A DNA stretch of 64,000 nucleotides from an uncultured archaeon (GTDB taxonomy: Archaea; Thermoplasmatota; Thermoplasmata; Thermoplasmatales; Thermoplasmataceae): assembly GCA_000965745.1 (NCBI GenBank), contig CP009479.1, forward strand, positions 736,001 to 800,000. The letters are read 5' to 3'. The first letter of the stretch is position 1. Every line of letters begins with the position of its first letter. A program made the translations under genes and the position numbers. A model generated the notes under the pieces. It worked only from the letters and a program-made list of their open reading frames with translations, ran no database searches and was not told the DNA's origin. Below are positions 58,781-64,000 of this stretch, piece by piece.

Positions 58781-59377
58781 TTAACACAATTTCTTCACTA
58801 TATATTCTAAAGCATTTTCAGCAACTTCTTCCATATCCCCGGTACTGTCCAGGAAGAGTGTGTTCCGGTCAAGCACTATTCTGTAATACTCCCTGACTTT
58901 TGACAGGTAGGCCGCATTTTCAAACCCGGAATATTTCCCCCTGTTTCCTATCCTCTTCAACGCAGTTTCCGGTTCAATATCCAGGTAAATTGTAATGTCG
59001 GGCAGCACCTCTATGATCCTTGAAACCTGCAGCATCCATTCAACAGTCTCCTGGGGGCTGCCGAAGACAGGCTCTATAAGGACTCCCTGGTATGCAAGGG
59101 AAGAAGCAATGTATCTGTCGGTCAGGACTATATTTCCAATTTCCAGATTCTCCCGTATGGAGGCCTGGTGGTGGAAACGGTCTTCTGTAAATCTGAAAAA
59201 CAGCTCAATCGCTGTCTGGACATCATGCCTGGTGCTTTCATCATCAGACATCCTGAATCTCTCAGTAGGCTCCCTTGTGAGGTGGACTTTGTGGCCACCT
59301 TTGGAAAGCCTGTCGCCTATCAGCCTGGTAAGGGTTGTTTTGCCGCTTCCATCAATCCCTTCTACTGCGATGAACAC
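58781..59377 (-). CDS. tmk: Thymidylate kinase
   Basis: FIAVEGIDGSGKTT, TREP, DRYIASSLAYQG. Confidence 0.96.
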   Translation of the reverse strand: MFIAVEGIDGSGKTTLTRLIGDRLSKGGHKVHLTREPTERFRMSDDESTRHDVQTAIELFFRFTEDRFHHQASIRENLEIGNIVLTDRYIASSLAYQGVLIEPVFGSPQETVEWMLQVSRIIEVLPDITIYLDIEPETALKRIGNRGKYSGFENAAYLSKVREYYRIVLDRNTLFLDSTGDMEEVAENALEYIVKKLC

Positions 59378-59440
59378 AGAAGATTATTACTCAGTTTCAT
59401 TAAAACAGTTTCCTGCCATGGATTTTCCACCATACTTTAT

Positions 59441-60649
59441 ATGAACAAAGACATTGATGACATTGTGTCATCAGAGAGCAGGGCCAAAGGATTCAACACC
59501 ATTGCGACCCATTCGGGAGAATTCAAGGACGCCAGATTCGGCAATGTTACCACACCAATATTCCAGACCTCCACTTTTGTTTTCCCAAATTATGATGAGA
59601 ACGCATATCTGGATCACACCAGAAATGAGCCATATATATACAGCAGGTGGGGTAACCCAACGCTTGAGGCTCTGGAGAAGAAATATTCATCACTCGAAGG
59701 CACGGAATTCGGCCTCTCATTCTCATCAGGAATGGCAGCAATAGTCGCCGCCCTGACCACCCTCGCAGGAAAAGGTGGAAGAATACTCTCAATAAAGGAG
59801 CTTTACGGCCAGACATCATCACTAATGTCCGGTCTGTTCAGCAAGTGGGGGATTGAAGTTGATTTCATGCCAACAGCCCATCTAAACCAGGCCGAAGGAA
59901 TAGGGAAGAACTATGATCTTGTATACACGGAGTCAGTCAGCAACCCTACCCTACAGGTATCCGATATACGGCACATATCCGATATAGCATCCGAAAAGGG
60001 CATACCGGTAGTGGTAGATGCAACCTTTGCTTCTCCGTACAACCAGAAGCCCCTGGACCTGGGAGCATCAGTGTCAGTCCATAGCGGAACGAAATATATT
60101 GCTGGACACAGCGATGTTATCATAGGCGTGCTTGCCACAGGCGAAGAACTCTTCAACAGGATCCAGGCAACAAGAAAGGCTCTGGGAGGAACTCCCGATC
60201 CCTTGCAGGCTTTCCTTGCGAGCAGAGGGTTAAAGACACTCGGCCTCCGGATGGAGAAACATAACAGGAACGGGATGGAAGTCGCCAGATTTCTGGATCA
60301 GCACAACAAGGTGAAGAAGGTGTTTTACCCAGGACTTGAAAGTTTTGAAACGCACAATGTTGCAAAAAAGGTCCTTAAAGGCTACGGAGGAATGATCTCT
60401 TTTGAGGTGCCAGGAGGAACAGATGCGGCAAGGAAGTTCATGAAGAACCTCACAATAGCAGCTCCGGCACCGAGCCTTGGCGGTGTCGAAAGCCTGGTTA
60501 CACTCCCGGTCGATACGAGCCATTCCACTATTCCAAAGGAAATCAGGAAAGAGATGGGCATAGGGGACGGCCTGATTAGATTCTCACTCGGTATCGAGGA
60601 TCACGAGGACATAATCGAGGACATTCAGAGCGCGTTGGGGCAGCTTTGA
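59441..60649 (+). CDS. Cys/Met-metabolism PLP enzyme (cystathionine gamma-synthase / methionine gamma-lyase family)
   Basis: PIFQTSTF, YSRWGNPT, FSSGMAA, DATFASP, HSGTKYIAGHSD, SLGGVESL; the longer 59168 ORF start overlaps tmk. Confidence 0.93.
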   Translation: MNKDIDDIVSSESRAKGFNTIATHSGEFKDARFGNVTTPIFQTSTFVFPNYDENAYLDHTRNEPYIYSRWGNPTLEALEKKYSSLEGTEFGLSFSSGMAAIVAALTTLAGKGGRILSIKELYGQTSSLMSGLFSKWGIEVDFMPTAHLNQAEGIGKNYDLVYTESVSNPTLQVSDIRHISDIASEKGIPVVVDATFASPYNQKPLDLGASVSVHSGTKYIAGHSDVIIGVLATGEELFNRIQATRKALGGTPDPLQAFLASRGLKTLGLRMEKHNRNGMEVARFLDQHNKVKKVFYPGLESFETHNVAKKVLKGYGGMISFEVPGGTDAARKFMKNLTIAAPAPSLGGVESLVTLPVDTSHSTIPKEIRKEMGIGDGLIRFSLGIEDHEDIIEDIQSALGQL

Positions 60650-61006
60650 TCACAGGAGCTTGAAGTTGCTTGTTATCGGATCTATAACGTCTTCCTCTGC
60701 AGGACCCAGGCCGAGGCATGTTACAGTACCGGGCGCAATCTGCGTGAGTCCGGCATCGGTTATCAGGGAGGTCACCACTCCGGCTCTTTCAGCCATATCC
60801 TTCAGCCTGTAGATGGTCTCAAGATTCTCGATCTTGACAACTATCTTCTTCTGCCCGGTTCTTATCCATTCCTTGAAAACCTTCTTGTCATCCTTCTCGG
60901 ACTTCAGGGCACACGAGACTGCAGCGTGGGCAACCTGGGCTGCCATCTTTCCCTTGCCCAGATCCACGTCTTTCCTGACTGCTATGATCATCTTTACTTC
61001 TACCAT
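60650..61006 (-). CDS. pth2: Peptidyl-tRNA hydrolase Pth2
   Basis: GKGKMAAQVAHA, GQKKIVVK, DAGLTQIAPGT.T.LG.GP. Confidence 0.96.
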   Translation of the reverse strand: MVEVKMIIAVRKDVDLGKGKMAAQVAHAAVSCALKSEKDDKKVFKEWIRTGQKKIVVKIENLETIYRLKDMAERAGVVTSLITDAGLTQIAPGTVTCLGLGPAEEDVIDPITSNFKLL

Positions 61007-61563
61007 GGAACATCCTTCTTGTTAAGCTTGTACCCAATCACATTTATGGCCCTGTGGAGCGGGGGCGTTATGAAAAGTATAGCAAGCGCCCCTACTATGT
61101 TTCCGTAGTAATTCATGAAGAATTCCGTGGCAAATATGTAGACAAGCAGAAACGAAACCAGTGCAAATGGCCATTGGTCAAGTAGGAATCCCTTATCCCC
61201 GCTCTTAAGCCCCAGCCTTCTCTTGACGAAAGAACCTGCCATGTCCCCCAGCAGGGACCCGAAAGACATCGGTATCACTACAACCAGTGTTGCAGCCACT
61301 GAAGGCCCAAACGTCCCAAAATAGCCCAGAGGCGGTATACTCGTTATGAAGAACAGGATTACCCCAACTGCAACGCCTATGAGTGAACCACCGAAAAAAC
61401 CGCTCCAGGTTTTCCCGTCTCCGAAAATTCTCCTCCCGTCTATGAAATTTCTTCCAAAATCCACTTTTCCGTACCCACCGGTCACGACTGCACCAGGGTT
61501 TGCGGTGAAAGCAGGCAGGAACAGAATGAACGCATCAATGATGTCTTTGGCAAGATTAAGCAT
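61000..61563 (-). CDS. carS: CDP-archaeol synthase
   Basis: PAFTANP, DFG...DG.RIFGDGKTW.G, GD..GSFVKRR, LDQ, K..PW. Confidence 0.95.
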   Translation of the reverse strand: MLNLAKDIIDAFILFLPAFTANPGAVVTGGYGKVDFGRNFIDGRRIFGDGKTWSGFFGGSLIGVAVGVILFFITSIPPLGYFGTFGPSVAATLVVVIPMSFGSLLGDMAGSFVKRRLGLKSGDKGFLLDQWPFALVSFLLVYIFATEFFMNYYGNIVGALAILFITPPLHRAINVIGYKLNKKDVPW

Positions 61564-62134
61564 ATTCTTCTACGGCCTTGAGTATGTCAGCCTTAGTTAT
61601 TATTCCTTTCAGGTCTCCGCTTTCGACAATCAAAACCGCATTGGAAAACTTCAGTATCGGATAAATCATTGAAATCGGGCTGGTCTTGTCAACCTGTGGA
61701 AGAGTTGGGCCCATGACCTTCTTGACGGTGAATCCCCTTAGGGAATCTATCGATGCCCCTTTTATGAGGAGCTCGTTGACATCGGTTTCCGTGATTGTCC
61801 CGAGAACCTTCTTTTCAGGGGTTACAACAGGAAGCTGCGAGTATCCCTTCTCTCTCATGAGATTCAGGGCAGAGATAACGGAATCGGTGGGGGAACAGGT
61901 CACGACCTTGATACTCATAATGCTCTCACAGGTCAGATCTATGTTCCCCGCCCTCTGGCCGGATTTATTTAGGTATTCAAAAATTCTCCTGACTTTGTCA
62001 TAGGTTGGGTTCAGGCTCCCTTTCTCGAGCCTTGCGATATAAGACTGGCTGACCCCGCTTATGTTAGCCAGCTCTTTCTGGCTTATCCCGAGGTTCTTCC
62101 TCATTTTTCTCAGCTCTTCTATGGACGGCAGCAT
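61556..62134 (-). CDS. XRE-HTH + CBS-pair transcriptional regulator
   Basis: RKNLGISQKELA..GVSQSYIARLE; two CBS motifs (YSQLPV, GIITKADIL). Confidence 0.92.
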   Translation of the reverse strand: MLPSIEELRKMRKNLGISQKELANISGVSQSYIARLEKGSLNPTYDKVRRIFEYLNKSGQRAGNIDLTCESIMSIKVVTCSPTDSVISALNLMREKGYSQLPVVTPEKKVLGTITETDVNELLIKGASIDSLRGFTVKKVMGPTLPQVDKTSPISMIYPILKFSNAVLIVESGDLKGIITKADILKAVEEYA

Positions 62135-62264
62135 AATTCTTTAGTGATAATCATTTCCGATATTAATTATTGTTGCTCATCGATTTGCATAATTTTAGCA
62201 CTTTCAGTAATAGGCATTACATTCCAAGGCAAAAGAGATTAACCAACAAACACTATGGGCATGA

Positions 62265-63050
62265 ATGAACGGGCGTTCCGAAAGCTCTGTCAGGAAGTTC
62301 CTGATTGATCACAATTCAATATTCGTCCTTGTAATATCAATACTCATAGGAGTGCTGATAACATACCTTGCCTATGATATTCTCCAGACTCTCGACATAA
62401 TATTCCTGCTTCCAATCGTGTCATTTGCGGTTATGCACTTCCTGAAACTGAAGGGCATAAAGCAGAGGCTTCTCGCAGGGCTGATCATATTTCTTGTTGT
62501 AGGGATCGTTTCAGCGGGGCTGACTTCTGCCACGTACTACAAGGAAGACCACCCAATATCGTACAGCCTTTCGAATGGTGCACAGGCAACCCTTAAGGTG
62601 AGCCCGTTCGGAGGAAACAACCAGAATTATAACTTCTCACTCTATCTGACCGACTGGCCCTCCAGCTCCGCTTTCTCCACCTCGCTTAACGTATCTGCAA
62701 GCCCTACCTCATCAGTCCTCTACAACTTTGACAAACTGAGCTATGTTCCAATGGGGAACGGTACGATTCTAGTCTACAAGAACATAAATGACCTCTCTCA
62801 GGGGATCTACAGTTTCAACTTCAATATTGCAAACGGGACTTCTTCGCCGATCATAGTCGGATCTACAGGTCCAGTCAATGCTGGCTCATCATCGCTCTTT
62901 GCCTTCATTCTTCCGGGATTTGTGATCCTGTACCTGATCCCGATGGAAATAATTCTTCTGGCAATAGTGTTCCTCGCGAGAAGTTTTGACAGAACAAGAT
63001 CCTTCCGGAGACCCCCTCCACCGGAACATGGTGACTCTAAACAGCAATAG
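62265..63050 (+). CDS. Hypothetical membrane protein with glycosylatable extracellular domain
   Basis: Three N-terminal TM helices, Ser/Asn-rich loop with N-x-S/T sequons, C-terminal TM. Confidence 0.65.
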   Translation: MNGRSESSVRKFLIDHNSIFVLVISILIGVLITYLAYDILQTLDIIFLLPIVSFAVMHFLKLKGIKQRLLAGLIIFLVVGIVSAGLTSATYYKEDHPISYSLSNGAQATLKVSPFGGNNQNYNFSLYLTDWPSSSAFSTSLNVSASPTSSVLYNFDKLSYVPMGNGTILVYKNINDLSQGIYSFNFNIANGTSSPIIVGSTGPVNAGSSSLFAFILPGFVILYLIPMEIILLAIVFLARSFDRTRSFRRPPPPEHGDSKQQ

Positions 63051-63094
63051 CGCCTTGAATATAAATATATAGATGTTTTCGATTTCTATATATC

Positions 63095-64000
63095 ATGGCC
63101 ACCATAAGAAAGATCCAGTTAACCGGAGGTTCCACGTATATCGTTTCTCTCCCTTCCAAATGGATAAAGAGGAACAAGCTCTCCAAAGGGAGTGAGGTCG
63201 AACTCGATGAAATCAACGGAGATTTGCTGATCTCAGGAATGAATTCTTCAAAGAAAACTGAAATAATACGTACAGTGAACCTTACGGAAAAAGTTGACAA
63301 GGGAAACCTGATCAGAGTCCTCACGTCGATATACATAGCCAATTTCGACACTCTGGTGATCAAGAGCAAGGAATACATAAGCCCGAAAATACGGGAGGAG
63401 ATCAAGAAATTCTCCAAGGTTGTCATGGGAGTGGAGATCTTTGAAGAATCGTCCCGGTCAATGGTTCTCCAGAACGTTCTCAACTCTGAATCCTTCCCCA
63501 TCTCAAACGCGGTGAGGAGGATGTCCCTGAATGTTGAAACAATGCTGGAAGATACAATCAACGGGATTGCCAACAACGACATTGAACTCCTCGACAGTGT
63601 TATCCACAGGGACGATGATGTTGACAGGTACCAGTGGTACATATACAGGGAAGCCAGGGTAAGAAGCAGCCAAGCGGAGAAGAACGTATATTACCTGATT
63701 CTTTCACGGATACTTGAGAGGATAGCAGATCACTCGTCAAACATCTGCGGCCTCTGGAAAGCCGTGAAGAAGCCTGAGGACATGCCAATCGAAATCCTGG
63801 AAGAGAATCTCTCGCATTCAATGGAAATGTACAAATCAGCAGTGGAGGCTTTCTATTCCAACAATTTCGGAATATTGAACAGCCTGATAGACATGAAAGC
63901 TGAAGTAATATCAAGGAAGCAGAAGCTTATAGGGGAATCACGAGGAAAGGCAGGGATTTCGACAATCTCATCTATGTCAGAGGAGTCATCAAGAATCGGC
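63095..64000 (+). CDS. phoU: AbrB-PhoU phosphate uptake regulator, 3'-truncated by window edge (absent from ORF track)
   Basis: MATIRKIQLTGGSTYIVSLPSKW; RDDDVDR and ILERIADHS PhoU motifs; frame open to the window end. Confidence 0.9.
   Translation, partial: MATIRKIQLTGGSTYIVSLPSKWIKRNKLSKGSEVELDEINGDLLISGMNSSKKTEIIRTVNLTEKVDKGNLIRVLTSIYIANFDTLVIKSKEYISPKIREEIKKFSKVVMGVEIFEESSRSMVLQNVLNSESFPISNAVRRMSLNVETMLEDTINGIANNDIELLDSVIHRDDDVDRYQWYIYREARVRSSQAEKNVYYLILSRILERIADHSSNICGLWKAVKKPEDMPIEILEENLSHSMEMYKSAVEAFYSNNFGILNSLIDMKAEVISRKQKLIGESRGKAGISTISSMSEESSRIG

Noticed and set aside
59168-59440. N-terminal extension of the 493-aa PLP enzyme ORF
   Set aside because: Overlaps tmk on the opposite strand; family similarity begins after ATG 59441.
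63037-63914. Minus-strand 201-aa and 104-aa ORFs
   Set aside because: Antisense shadows of the AbrB-PhoU gene starting at 63095.

Overview
Archaeal chromosomal segment, most consistent with Thermoplasmatales (inferred from PolD DP2, CarS, DTD2, Tsr3, Nob1, Pth2, gluconate dehydratase and fused ETF). Positions 1-13.5 kb are an accessory region: surface-glycan genes (GT2, DUF2079, clan-A glycoside hydrolase, Wzx-like flippase) interrupted by a complete IS21, a truncated IS481-like element and a complete IS630, then an AT-rich tyrosine-integrase element at tRNA-Pro(TGG). That element carries an unannotated 48-aa RHH gene and a wHTH / ABC-type ATPase / PD-(D/E)xK-like operon, a candidate defence system. 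Positions 13.5-64 kb are mostly housekeeping (acnA, glnA, valS, pyrG, polC, sod, ogg, nnr, gltA, map, tmk, carS). Items missed by the ORF track or worth follow-up: a box C/D guide sRNA at 14.07-14.13 kb with 16S-complementary guides; a DtxR/MntR-type operator before an NRAMP-like transporter; a Bsr-like deaminase; an HTH-TPR protein converging on a tiny Gly-Gly-leader peptide ORF (possible RRNPP-like peptide signalling); and a PLP enzyme + DUF1611/DgcN-like + MurL-like operon beside D-aminoacyl-tRNA deacylase (possible D-amino-acid pathway in a lineage without peptidoglycan). All family calls come from motif recognition by eye; no database searches were run.
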